From: Candidatus Methylomirabilota bacterium
GTDB taxonomy: Bacteria > Methylomirabilota > Methylomirabilia > Rokubacteriales > CSP1-6
Assembly (NCBI GenBank): GCA_035457825.1
Contig: DATIAY010000171.1
Span: 6,920 to 70,919, forward strand
Length of the DNA: 64,000 bases
Reading direction: 5' to 3'
The notes under the pieces were generated by a model. It was not told the origin of the DNA. It saw nothing but the letters and a program-made list of their open reading frames with translations, and made no database searches. The first letter of the stretch is position 1. The number at the start of each line of letters is the position of its first letter. A program made the position numbers and the translations under genes. Shown in pieces: positions 17,488 to 26,478 of this stretch.

Positions 17488-18666
17488 ATGGACTTCGATT
17501 TCACGCCAGAGCAGGAGGCGTTCCGCAAAGAGATCCGACAGTGGCTGGAGCGCACCCTGCCCGACGAGCTGCGCGGGCGGGGTTTTGCCGCATCCCGCGC
17601 CGACCAAGCGGAAGTCCGAAAGTTACGTACTTGGCAGCAGACGATGTACGAGGCCGGCTACGTCGGAATCGACTGGCCGCGCGAGTTTGGCGGGCGCGGG
17701 GCCACGCTCGTCGAGCAAATCATCCTGTACCAGGAGATGGCCCGTGCCGAGTCGCCCCAGCCCGTCAACCGGGGTGGGCTCTCGATGTTGGGCCCCACTC
17801 TGATGAAGTACGGCACCCCGGCCCAGCAGCAGAGATTCCTGCCTCGAATCCTGACGGCGGATGATCTCTGGTGTCAGGGTTTTTCCGAGCCGAACTCGGG
17901 ATCCGATCTGGCCAACCTCCAGACGCGGGCAGTGCGCGAAGGAGATGCGTTCGTCGTCACTGGCCAGAAGGTCTGGACGAGCATGGCTCACGTGGCTGAC
18001 TGGTGCTTCCTGCTCGTGCGGACCGACCCGCAGGTGGTCCGGCACAAGGGCATCAGCTTCCTGCTGGTCGACATGCGATCGCCGGGGATCACGGTGCGCC
18101 CCCTGCGCCAGATGACGGGAGAGGCCGAGTTCAACGAAGTGTTCTTCGACGGGGTGCGGGTCCCGGCCGAGAACCTGGTAGGCCGGCTTAATGAGGGGTG
18201 GTCGGTCGCCATCACCACGCTCGCCTATGAGCGCGACCTCCTCACCTTCATCCGGCATGTCTCGCTTCGCAACGCCGCCCAGCGGCTGGTGCGCCTCGTC
18301 CAGGAGCACGACCGGGCCTCCGAGCGGGCGCTCCGCCAGAAGATCGCAGGAATCTGGATCGGTGAGCAAGCGCTGCAGCTCAACGCCTACCGCAGCCTGA
18401 CGAAGATCCTGCGCGGCGGCCAGCCCGGACCGGAAGGCTCGACGTCCAAGCTCTTCTGGAGCCAGGTGGACCAGGAACTGGCCCAGGTGGCCACCGAGGT
18501 GCTCGGGCCCTTTTCCCAGCTCGCCGGCGGCTCGCCCTGGGCGCGTGACGACGGGCAGTGGGAGTTCTATGCGCTGCTGGCCCAGGCCAGCGGAATTCGA
18601 GCCGGCACATCGGAGATTCTCCGGAACATCCTGAGCGAGCGCGTGCTCGGGCTTCCCAAGGACTGA
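17488..18666 (+). CDS. acyl-CoA dehydrogenase
   Basis: 392 aa; ACAD N-terminal, middle and C-terminal domain motifs (FSEPNSGSD, QKVWTS). Confidence 0.85.
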   Translation: MDFDFTPEQEAFRKEIRQWLERTLPDELRGRGFAASRADQAEVRKLRTWQQTMYEAGYVGIDWPREFGGRGATLVEQIILYQEMARAESPQPVNRGGLSMLGPTLMKYGTPAQQQRFLPRILTADDLWCQGFSEPNSGSDLANLQTRAVREGDAFVVTGQKVWTSMAHVADWCFLLVRTDPQVVRHKGISFLLVDMRSPGITVRPLRQMTGEAEFNEVFFDGVRVPAENLVGRLNEGWSVAITTLAYERDLLTFIRHVSLRNAAQRLVRLVQEHDRASERALRQKIAGIWIGEQALQLNAYRSLTKILRGGQPGPEGSTSKLFWSQVDQELAQVATEVLGPFSQLAGGSPWARDDGQWEFYALLAQASGIRAGTSEILRNILSERVLGLPKD

Positions 18667-18684
18667 GCGGGCGCGGAGGCGCGC

Positions 18685-19467
18685 ATGAGCGATCTGCTCT
18701 ACGAGGTGAAGGATCGTATCGCCACCATCACGTTGAACCGGCCGGACAAGCTCAACGCCTTCACCGGCTCCATGATCGAGGCCTGGGCCCGCTCGCTGGG
18801 CGAAGCCCAGGCTGACGACGCCGTCCACGTCGTCGTGGTCACCGGCGCCGGTCGCGCCTTCTGCGCTGGAGGTGACGTGGGACGCATGGGCCAGGGAGCG
18901 CCCACGCCCCTGGAGCACAAGAACCAGCTCTGGGAAAACATCCACCGCGTGCCCCGGACTCTGGAGGCGATGGACAAACCGGTCCTGGCCATGGTGAACG
19001 GCCTGGCCGTTGGCGCCGGGATGGGCATGTCCCTCATGTGCGACGTGCGGGTGGCTTCGGAGGAAGCGCGGTTTTCGACTGGCTACGTCAAGGTCGGGCT
19101 CGTGCCCGGCGACGGCGACACCTTTTTCCTGCCCCGGCTGGTGGGACCCGCCAAGGCTCTGGAGCTCCTGTGGACGGCGGACTTCATCGAGGCCGCCGAC
19201 GCCCTGCGTCTGGGTATCGTCAACCGGGTGGTCCCGGCGGCGCAGCTTCACGAGACCACGTACGCGCTGGCGCGGCAGATCGCCGACGGCCCGCAGATCC
19301 CGATCCGGATGATCAAGCGCCTCGTCTATCAGAGCCTCCGCCTGGATCTGCGCACGCACCTCGACCTGGTCTCGTCCCACATGGCGGTCGTGCGGCAAAC
19401 AATTGACCATGCCGAGGGCGTCGCGGCATTCAAGGAGAAACGGCCCCCGCGTTTTCAGGGTCGCTGA
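18685..19467 (+). CDS. enoyl-CoA hydratase/isomerase
   Basis: ITLNRPDKLNAF and AFCAGGD crotonase-fold motifs. Confidence 0.85.
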   Translation: MSDLLYEVKDRIATITLNRPDKLNAFTGSMIEAWARSLGEAQADDAVHVVVVTGAGRAFCAGGDVGRMGQGAPTPLEHKNQLWENIHRVPRTLEAMDKPVLAMVNGLAVGAGMGMSLMCDVRVASEEARFSTGYVKVGLVPGDGDTFFLPRLVGPAKALELLWTADFIEAADALRLGIVNRVVPAAQLHETTYALARQIADGPQIPIRMIKRLVYQSLRLDLRTHLDLVSSHMAVVRQTIDHAEGVAAFKEKRPPRFQGR

Positions 19468-19581
19468 CAACCCTGTCGGCCGGCGATCGTGGCCTGCCAG
19501 GCTGACACCTCGTCGGCGCGGATCTGCTGCCCAACTAGCTGAAAGGACGACGGCGGACCGCACACTGCCCTGGCCCCCCTC

Positions 19582-20100
19582 TTGCTCGTTTCTCAGGACG
19601 TGGACGTCACCGAAGCCAAGGACCGAATCGCGATGGCCCTGGTGGAATCGATCTTCCGCCGGGCCCGCTATCGGGTGACCGCGCTCCTCCCGGAGCGAGC
19701 CCGATTTCGCTTCGTGCGTGACGACATCGTTCCGCGCCTGAGCATCAACGTGCCCGACGCCACCGGCGTGGAACGGGACGTGCCCATGGGCATCGCCTAC
19801 AAGCCGTTCATCGAAGCGTTCATTGCACTGGAGAACCAGCGACGCGACTCCTCGCTGTTCGCGATCGCCCGGCGGCGGTGTCCAACGCTGTTGCTCATCC
19901 TGATCACCGATCATCCGGCGCCCGGGCGCTCCTGCTTTCAGGCCATGGCCCCGGCGGGGCTCGAGGGACTACGCACGGTCGACCTGCTCACCCTCACCCA
20001 GCTTCGCCTGTTTCCCCACAACATCGCCGACCACGAGACGCTGCTGCGGCGGATCTTCGCGCTGCTCTCCGACGAGCAGCTCGCCACTCGCGTCGGATAG
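19582..20100 (+). CDS. hypothetical protein
   Basis: 172-aa ORF with a TTG start and no recognisable family or RBS; call rests on ORF length alone. Confidence 0.3.
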   Translation: MLVSQDVDVTEAKDRIAMALVESIFRRARYRVTALLPERARFRFVRDDIVPRLSINVPDATGVERDVPMGIAYKPFIEAFIALENQRRDSSLFAIARRRCPTLLLILITDHPAPGRSCFQAMAPAGLEGLRTVDLLTLTQLRLFPHNIADHETLLRRIFALLSDEQLATRVG

Positions 20101-20127
20101 CGCGTCCGGACGCGCTGGGGGTCAGCC

Positions 20128-20820
20128 TCAGGTAATGGCCTGGGCGATGAGAAAGGCCACGCCGGCGGCGAGCCCGCCGATGAGCGCGGTCTGCAGCGCG
20201 CTGCGCCCGGGCGGCGCGCCGGTGAAACGCCCCTTCACGTAGCCGAAGACGAGCAGGGCGACGATCGTGACCGCCGATGAGACGATCAGCGCCCTGGTCG
20301 CGCGCGGGATCAGCATGTAGGGCCAGAGCGGGATGAGACCTCCCAGGACGTAGGCGCCACCGATGGTGATGGCGCTGCGTAGCGCGCGCCGGGGATCCGG
20401 CCGCTCCAAGCCGAGCTCGAACCGCATCATGAAGTCGACCCAGCCCTCGGGGTTGCGCTGCAAGGCCTCCACCAGCGGGGCTGCGGCCTCCGGCTTCACG
20501 CCGTAGCCTTCCAGCACCTCGAACACCTCCGTGGCCTCGGCCTGGGGCTTGTCCCGGACTTCGCGCTCCTCGCGCTGGCGCTCGCTGTCGTAGTGCTCGG
20601 CGTCGCTCCGGGCCGCGAGGTAGCCTCCCAACCCCATCGCGATGGCGCCGGCACCGATCTCGGCGAGCCCGGCCACCACGATGATCCAGGTCGTGTCGAT
20701 GGCGCCGGTGAGCCCGGCGGCCAGGGCAAACGGCACGGTCAGCCCATCGGCCATGCCGAGCACGAGGTCGCGCACGGCCCGGTTACCGGTAAAGTGCCGC
20801 TCGGGATGGGCCAGCGTCAT
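20128..20820 (-). CDS. VIT1/CCC1-family iron/manganese transporter
   Basis: DGLTVPFALAAGLTGA and C-terminal TM bundle typical of the VIT family. Confidence 0.8.
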   Translation of the reverse strand: MTLAHPERHFTGNRAVRDLVLGMADGLTVPFALAAGLTGAIDTTWIIVVAGLAEIGAGAIAMGLGGYLAARSDAEHYDSERQREEREVRDKPQAEATEVFEVLEGYGVKPEAAAPLVEALQRNPEGWVDFMMRFELGLERPDPRRALRSAITIGGAYVLGGLIPLWPYMLIPRATRALIVSSAVTIVALLVFGYVKGRFTGAPPGRSALQTALIGGLAAGVAFLIAQAIT

Positions 20821-21347
20821 GCGTCGACCGGACTGACGCCGGTCTTGTGGCGCTGGGCCAACGCCTGGTAGCCGCTAGGGTTGGCCCGCACCCAGAATTC
20901 GGCCGGCGTTCCAGTTAGCGGTCCCTTGACCCGCGCCGGCGCGCCCACGGCCAGGACGCCGGCGGGAATGTCGGTGCCGGGTGTCACCAGCGCTCCGGCC
21001 GCCACCATGGCTCGCGCGCCGATGCGTGCACCGTCCAGGACCGTGGCTCCATTGCCGACCAGGGCTTCTTCCTCCAGCACTGCGCCGTGGACGACGCAGG
21101 TGTGGCCGATGGTCGCGCCGGCCCCGATCTCCACCGGATGCATGGGCGTCACGTGTACGACTGCGCCGTCCTGGACGTTGGCGCCGCGCCGGATCATCAC
21201 CGGTCCGAAGTCGGCGCGGACGACGGCGTTATACCACACCGATGCATTCTCCTCGACGGTCACGTCTCCGATCAGCACGGCAGTCGGCGCGATGAAAGCG
21301 GACGGGTGCACCGTGGGGCGTTTTCCCTCAAAGCTGAACAGTGGCAT
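20817..21347 (-). CDS. gamma-class carbonic anhydrase / hexapeptide-repeat protein (YrdA/PaaY-like)
   Basis: Left-handed beta-helix hexapeptide repeats. Stop overlaps the downstream VIT gene's start. Confidence 0.8.
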   Translation of the reverse strand: MPLFSFEGKRPTVHPSAFIAPTAVLIGDVTVEENASVWYNAVVRADFGPVMIRRGANVQDGAVVHVTPMHPVEIGAGATIGHTCVVHGAVLEEEALVGNGATVLDGARIGARAMVAAGALVTPGTDIPAGVLAVGAPARVKGPLTGTPAEFWVRANPSGYQALAQRHKTGVSPVDA

Positions 21348-21403
21348 AGGGCGGGCCCTCGCAGTATCCTCGGGTTCGTCGACCCAATCTTACGCGAACC
21401 GTC

Positions 21404-22447
21404 ATGCCGAGAGAGACGCCGATTCGGTACCCTCGGATAGCCGCGGCGGCCACCGCCTCGCCAGCGTATCGCTTCACCCAGGCCGACGTGCTGGCGCTGG
21501 CCGGCTACGAGGACTCCCAGCGTCGAGGCTTCTTCGAGCACAGCGATATCGAGAGCCGATTTCTCTGCATCGACCCCATGCGTTTCCATCCTCCCGAGAG
21601 CGTGGAGGAGATGCAGGCCAGGTTCTGCGAGGGTGCACTGACGCTGGGGGAGGCAGCGGCGCGGCAGGGCCTGGCCCGGGCCGGCTGGAGCGCCGCGGAC
21701 CTCGACTTCCTCGTCACCACCACGTGTACGGGGCGTCTGACCCCGAGTCTGGATGCCCACCTGATTGCCCGCCTGGGCTGCCGATCCGATGTCCAGCGGG
21801 CGCACATCGGCGACACTGGCTGCGCGTCGGCCATGGTAGCGCTGCAGCAGGCGTGGAATCATCTGCGGGCCTTTCCCACTCACCGGGCCCTGGTGATCGC
21901 CGTGGAGATCTGCTCGGCAGCGTACTACCTGGACCATCGTCTGGAATCCGCCGTGGCCCACGCGATCTTCGCGGATGGGGCCGGCGCCGTGGCCCTTTCC
22001 CTCGATGGACCGGGGCCAGCCATCGTGGCCCATCGAACACTGTTCCGCTCCGAGCACCTTGACGCCATGGGCTTCGAGTACCCGGGCGGGCGTCCCCGCG
22101 TGATCCTCTCCAAAGACGTGCGACGGATCGGACCCGCCATGCTGAAGGAGATGGCGCAGGCGCTGATGGGCGCCCAAGGGCTCAAGCGAGAGGCCGTCCG
22201 TTACTGGGTGCTGCACTCGGCAGGCCGCCGTGTGCTCGAGCGGGCGGCCGACCTGCTCGGCCTGGGCGACGCGGAGATGGCGCACGCCCGGGCGGTGCTG
22301 CGCACGTACGGGAACATGTCCTCGGCAACGATCCTCTTCGTGCTCGAGCGGACGCTGCAAGCCGAATCGCCGATGCCGGGCGAGTGGGGTCTCATGATCG
22401 GGCTCGGGCCCGGCTTCACGGCCGAGGGCGCCCTGCTTTGCTGGTGA
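21404..22447 (+). CDS. type III polyketide synthase (chalcone/stilbene synthase family)
   Basis: Catalytic Cys in GDTGCASAMVAL, His in HSAGRRVLE, Asn in YGNMSSATI; full thiolase fold. Confidence 0.85.
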   Translation: MPRETPIRYPRIAAAATASPAYRFTQADVLALAGYEDSQRRGFFEHSDIESRFLCIDPMRFHPPESVEEMQARFCEGALTLGEAAARQGLARAGWSAADLDFLVTTTCTGRLTPSLDAHLIARLGCRSDVQRAHIGDTGCASAMVALQQAWNHLRAFPTHRALVIAVEICSAAYYLDHRLESAVAHAIFADGAGAVALSLDGPGPAIVAHRTLFRSEHLDAMGFEYPGGRPRVILSKDVRRIGPAMLKEMAQALMGAQGLKREAVRYWVLHSAGRRVLERAADLLGLGDAEMAHARAVLRTYGNMSSATILFVLERTLQAESPMPGEWGLMIGLGPGFTAEGALLCW

Positions 22448-22451
22448 GGTG

Positions 22452-23126
22452 ATGCTGCCCCGCGCGGAAGGCGCGCTCGAATACCTCGACGGATCCGTAC
22501 CCGGGGTCGACCGCGAGGCCTCGCTGGCCGATATCCATCGCCTCAACGCCTGGTTCGGCGGCTACCGGCTCAGTGAGCGGGCGATCGAGAGACTGATCCC
22601 GGCGGCGCTGCGGGGGGCGGCCCTGTGCATCGTGGACGTCGGCGGCGCTCGGGGCGACCTGGCCACACGGCTGGTGGCCCGTGCGCGCCGGCGGGGTCGC
22701 CGCCTGGTCGTGATCGTGGTCGATCGCGACGGTGCCGTGCGGCCACGGCCGGGTGTGATCGTGGTGCGCGCCGACGCCACCGCGCTGCCCTTTCGACCCG
22801 GGGCGGCCGACGTGGTGACGGCCTCGCTGCTGCTCCATCACCTCGAGCCCGCCGCCGCCGCCCTGAGCCTGGCCGAGATGCGGGCGGCTGCGCGCCTGGG
22901 CGTGGTCATCAATGATCTGCTCCGGAGCCGGCTCACGCTCGCCCTGGTGTGGCTGGTCACCCGGCTGTTCACGCGCCATCGGTTCGCGCGTCACGACGGA
23001 CCCCTCTCGGTCCGCCGGGCCTACTCGCCGGACGAGTTGTCCGCGCTGGCGGCGCGGGCTGGTCTGGCGCGTTTCGATGTGCGGCGCCACCCGTGGCTGG
23101 GGCGGATCGTGGCAGTGGCAGAATGA
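22452..23126 (+). CDS. class I SAM-dependent methyltransferase
   Basis: VDVGGARGDL glycine-rich SAM motif. Start overlaps the PKS stop. Confidence 0.75.
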   Translation: MLPRAEGALEYLDGSVPGVDREASLADIHRLNAWFGGYRLSERAIERLIPAALRGAALCIVDVGGARGDLATRLVARARRRGRRLVVIVVDRDGAVRPRPGVIVVRADATALPFRPGAADVVTASLLLHHLEPAAAALSLAEMRAAARLGVVINDLLRSRLTLALVWLVTRLFTRHRFARHDGPLSVRRAYSPDELSALAARAGLARFDVRRHPWLGRIVAVAE

Positions 23127-24313
23127 CGACGCGCGCCGACGTCGTCGTCGTGGGTGCGGGGCCGGCCGGCGCCGCCACCGCCATCCTGCTCGCCGAGCGC
23201 GGCCTCGAGGTCGTGGTGCTCGACCGAGCTCGTTTCCCCCGGGCCAAGCTCTGCGGCGAGTATCTGAGCCCCGAGACCACGCGGCTCCTCGACCGTCTCG
23301 GTGTGCTCAAGGCGGTGGAGGCCGCGGGCGCCGCCCCTCTCCTGGGAATGCGCATTACTGCCCCCGACGGCACGGTTGTGGAAGGCAGGTACCGTCCGAT
23401 CGGTTCCTGGCGGCCCTATCGTGACTGCGCCCTGGGGGTGAGTCGCGCCACACTCGACGCGGTGCTGGTGGATCGTCTGCGGGGATTGCCCGTCGATTTC
23501 CACGAACAGACGCGCGTCACCGATCTGCTGTGGGAGGGCCAGCAGGTCGTCGGCGTCAACACCGTCGACGCGGCGGGCCGGGCCCAGCCCTTTCGGGCCC
23601 GGCTGGTGGTCGGCGCCGACGGTCGAGGCTCGGTGGTGGCCCACCAGCTCGGCTGTCGCCGACCTCACCGCCTGCGTCGCATGGCGCTGGTGACCTATGT
23701 CCGGTCCATCGCCGACTGCCGGGACATCGGCGAGATCTTCATCGACCCGCCGGACTACGCGATTCTCAACCCTCTGGCGCCCGATCGCGTGAACATGAGC
23801 CTCGTGGTGCCGCTCGACCACGTGGCGCCCTGGAGCGGCCGGCTGGACGCGTTCTTCGACGCGCGGGTCAAGCAACTCCGCCACCTGGCCCGTCGCGTGG
23901 TCGACGCCGAGCGGACCGTGCCCGTGCAGGCGATGGGGCCGCTGGCCTATACGGTACGTCCGCCGTCGCAGGGCGGCGTGCTGCTGGTCGGTGATGCCGC
24001 GGGGTTTTACGACCCGCTCACGGGGGAGGGCGTGTTCAGCGCGTTGCGGGCGGCCGAGCTGCTCGCGGAGACGGCCGCCCACGCGTTCCGCGCAGGGGAC
24101 TGGTCGTGGACCATGCTCGCCGGCTACGAGCGCGCCCGACGCACTGTGTTCGCCGGCAAGGAGCGCTTCACCCGCGCGCTCCAGTTGGTGGTGCGGCGTC
24201 GGCGGCTGGCCGACCTGACCGCCCATCTGCTGGCGCGGCGCCCGGCGCTCGTCGACCTCCTCCTCGGCGTGGCCGGCGACTACGTGCCCCCGCGCGCGCT
24301 CCTGGGGCGCTGA
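23123..24313 (+). CDS. FAD-dependent oxidoreductase (geranylgeranyl-reductase/flavin monooxygenase family)
   Basis: VVVVGAGPAGAATA dinucleotide fold and GDAAGFYDPLTGEG. ATG overlaps the methyltransferase stop (ATGA). Confidence 0.8.
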   Translation: MTTRADVVVVGAGPAGAATAILLAERGLEVVVLDRARFPRAKLCGEYLSPETTRLLDRLGVLKAVEAAGAAPLLGMRITAPDGTVVEGRYRPIGSWRPYRDCALGVSRATLDAVLVDRLRGLPVDFHEQTRVTDLLWEGQQVVGVNTVDAAGRAQPFRARLVVGADGRGSVVAHQLGCRRPHRLRRMALVTYVRSIADCRDIGEIFIDPPDYAILNPLAPDRVNMSLVVPLDHVAPWSGRLDAFFDARVKQLRHLARRVVDAERTVPVQAMGPLAYTVRPPSQGGVLLVGDAAGFYDPLTGEGVFSALRAAELLAETAAHAFRAGDWSWTMLAGYERARRTVFAGKERFTRALQLVVRRRRLADLTAHLLARRPALVDLLLGVAGDYVPPRALLGR

Positions 24314-24319
24314 GCGAGC

Positions 24320-24985
24320 ATGACGACCCGCTCCGACAACCTGCCCCGTCGGTTCGCCAGGCTCCCCACGGCCGCTGTTACCGACGTGATGGACGAGATG
24401 GGCCTGCAACGTCAGACGTTGCCCTCGACGATCCAGCCACTGAGTCCCGACATGCGGGTGGCCGGCTACGCTTTCACAGTCCGGGGCCGGGCCCAGCGCG
24501 GGAGCCCGCGGGAGCGTGACGCCACGCTGCGACGCTTCCTCGAGATGCTGACCGCGGCGCCCGCCGACTCGGTGCTGGTGCTGGCCAGCAACGACAGCTC
24601 CGCAGCCCACTTCGGCGAGCTGTCGGCGGCGTGGCTCCGCGCCCGGCGAGTGCGCGGTGCCGTCATCGACGGGGCCACCCGGGACAGTCCGACGATCCGT
24701 CGGCTGGGCTTTCCCACGTTCGTCCGTTATCGAACACCTCAGGACTCGGTGCCGCGGTGGCGCGTCAGCGACTGGGGGTTGCCCGTCGTCATCGGAGGCG
24801 TCCGGGTGACGCTCGGCGACATCATCGTGGCGGACCTCGACGGTGTCGTTGTCGTCCCCCGCCGCGCCGCTCACGAGGTGCTGGTCCGCTGCGAGCGTCT
24901 GGTGAGCACGGAGCATCGGGTGCGAACGGCGCTCCGCCGGGGGATGTCCCCCCTCGACGCCTACAAGAAGTTCGGCAGCTTTTGA
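24320..24985 (+). CDS. RraA-family protein (RNase E inhibitor / 4-hydroxy-4-methyl-2-oxoglutarate aldolase-like)
   Basis: RraA-like fold motifs. Confidence 0.7.
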   Translation: MTTRSDNLPRRFARLPTAAVTDVMDEMGLQRQTLPSTIQPLSPDMRVAGYAFTVRGRAQRGSPRERDATLRRFLEMLTAAPADSVLVLASNDSSAAHFGELSAAWLRARRVRGAVIDGATRDSPTIRRLGFPTFVRYRTPQDSVPRWRVSDWGLPVVIGGVRVTLGDIIVADLDGVVVVPRRAAHEVLVRCERLVSTEHRVRTALRRGMSPLDAYKKFGSF

Positions 24986-24997
24986 GGTGAAAGGTCT

Positions 24998-26386
24998 CTA
25001 ACGGGACTTGGCGGGGCTGCGCGCGCCGGCGCTGGCCAGCGGCCCCCCGATCCGGTCGCGGACCCACTTGCCGTCCCACCACTCGAGCGGCGTGACGGAG
25101 ACCCCCTGGATCAGGACCTCGTAATGCAGGTGATCGCCGGTGGCCAGGCCCGTGGTGCCGGTGCGACCGATCTCCTGTCCCTTGCTCACGTCGTCGCCGA
25201 CCTTCACGCCGATCCGTGAGAGGTGGCCGTAGAGCGTCATGAGCCCCAGACCGTGGTCGATGATGATCGTGTTGCCATAGATGGTGAGCGGGCCGGCGAA
25301 GACGACCGTCCCGTTGTTGGCGGCGGGCACCGGGGCCTGCTTGGTGGAGGCCAAATCATAACCGAAGTGAATCTGGGTGTCGATTTCGCGCCCCTGGTAG
25401 CGGTAGGTTCGGGTCTCGGCAAAATTCGAGAAGACTTTGGTGTTCTTCGGTTGCACGAAGGCGCCGTCCCAGAGGGGTCGGTCGGCGGTCTTCGCGGCCA
25501 ACCGTCGCTTCTCCTCCTCGGCCTGGCGACGCTGGTCGCGATTGATCGTCAGGAAGCCCTCCACCAGTGGCCGCCCGGCCGGGTGCTGGGGTAGGAGTTC
25601 CGCCACCTTCATCTGCAGCAAGGCATCCGTCACTTCGATCGTGTCGCGGCGGAAGCGCCGCGGGAGCACCTCGGTGCCGATGCCGCGGGTCGCCGTGTTG
25701 CCGGCCTCGTCCTGAGCGTTGACGGTCAGGGCGCTGCCCCGCGTGAAGTCGTGGGGCAACGCGAAGAGCCCGACCCGGAGGCCAGCACTCCCGAAGGCGA
25801 AGGTGGGAAAGCTCAGTGTCGCCACACGTGTCTCGGCCCGGATTGCATCACCAGCCTGTACCACCACCAGACCCGCGCCGCCCGGCGCCACATAGGGCGT
25901 AGCCGCCACGACCTCGAGCTTGGGCGGCGTGAAATCCACGACGACGGGGAAACTGGCCGCCGCGCGCTGGGCGCGGCCGAAGGGACGCCAGAAATCATCG
26001 GTGGCCCACACCTCAAGGGAGCCGGCACCCTCCCGGACACCGCTGCCCGGTGCGAGCGTCGCCACGACCTCGACCCGTGGCGTCGGCCGGCCTTCGTAGC
26101 GACCGACGACGGTGACGGCCTCGCCTTGCACAACACGAACCTCGGTTCGGGAGACGTTGCCGCGCGCCGCCTCCACGACCAGTGTCACGGGCGTGCGCGA
26201 TCCGATTGCCCGCGCCGGGGCACCGGTCACCCGGACGCCGGGCACGGACTGACGCCAGGTGAGGTATGAGGCGCCACCGATGACGATCAGAAGGAGCATT
26301 GCGATGAACCAGAGCTTCAGGCGGGACCGCCGAGACACGAACGCATCATAGCACGCCGCTGCACCGGCTCCGTCACCCCACGACAT
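24998..26386 (-). CDS. M23-family (LytM-type) metallopeptidase with N-terminal TM anchor
   Basis: HFGYDL...GNTIIIDHG...GTTGLATGDHLHYEV. Start chosen at MSWGDGA just before the TM helix. Confidence 0.75.
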   Translation of the reverse strand: MSWGDGAGAAACYDAFVSRRSRLKLWFIAMLLLIVIGGASYLTWRQSVPGVRVTGAPARAIGSRTPVTLVVEAARGNVSRTEVRVVQGEAVTVVGRYEGRPTPRVEVVATLAPGSGVREGAGSLEVWATDDFWRPFGRAQRAAASFPVVVDFTPPKLEVVAATPYVAPGGAGLVVVQAGDAIRAETRVATLSFPTFAFGSAGLRVGLFALPHDFTRGSALTVNAQDEAGNTATRGIGTEVLPRRFRRDTIEVTDALLQMKVAELLPQHPAGRPLVEGFLTINRDQRRQAEEEKRRLAAKTADRPLWDGAFVQPKNTKVFSNFAETRTYRYQGREIDTQIHFGYDLASTKQAPVPAANNGTVVFAGPLTIYGNTIIIDHGLGLMTLYGHLSRIGVKVGDDVSKGQEIGRTGTTGLATGDHLHYEVLIQGVSVTPLEWWDGKWVRDRIGGPLASAGARSPAKSR

Positions 26387-26478
26387 TCCTGCGTGCAGGA
26401 GTAACGGTCCTGGGTAGCAGTAGCAGGCGCGGGCTCGGTTGCTTGACACTGCTGGCGACCGTTGGCTAGAGTGACGCG

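Noticed and set aside
17623-19914. 763-aa minus-strand ORF, and similar long antisense ORFs (for example 35238-37133, 23021-24916, 4968-6155, 8300-9382, 21272-22546, 28290-29675, 39333-40640, 49778-50833, 53137-54726, 61148-62377)
   Set aside because: These are typical stop-codon-poor antisense frames of a 70% GC genome. Each lies entirely opposite well-supported genes with clear family motifs and translational coupling. Their products are low-complexity Arg/Gly/Pro-rich.
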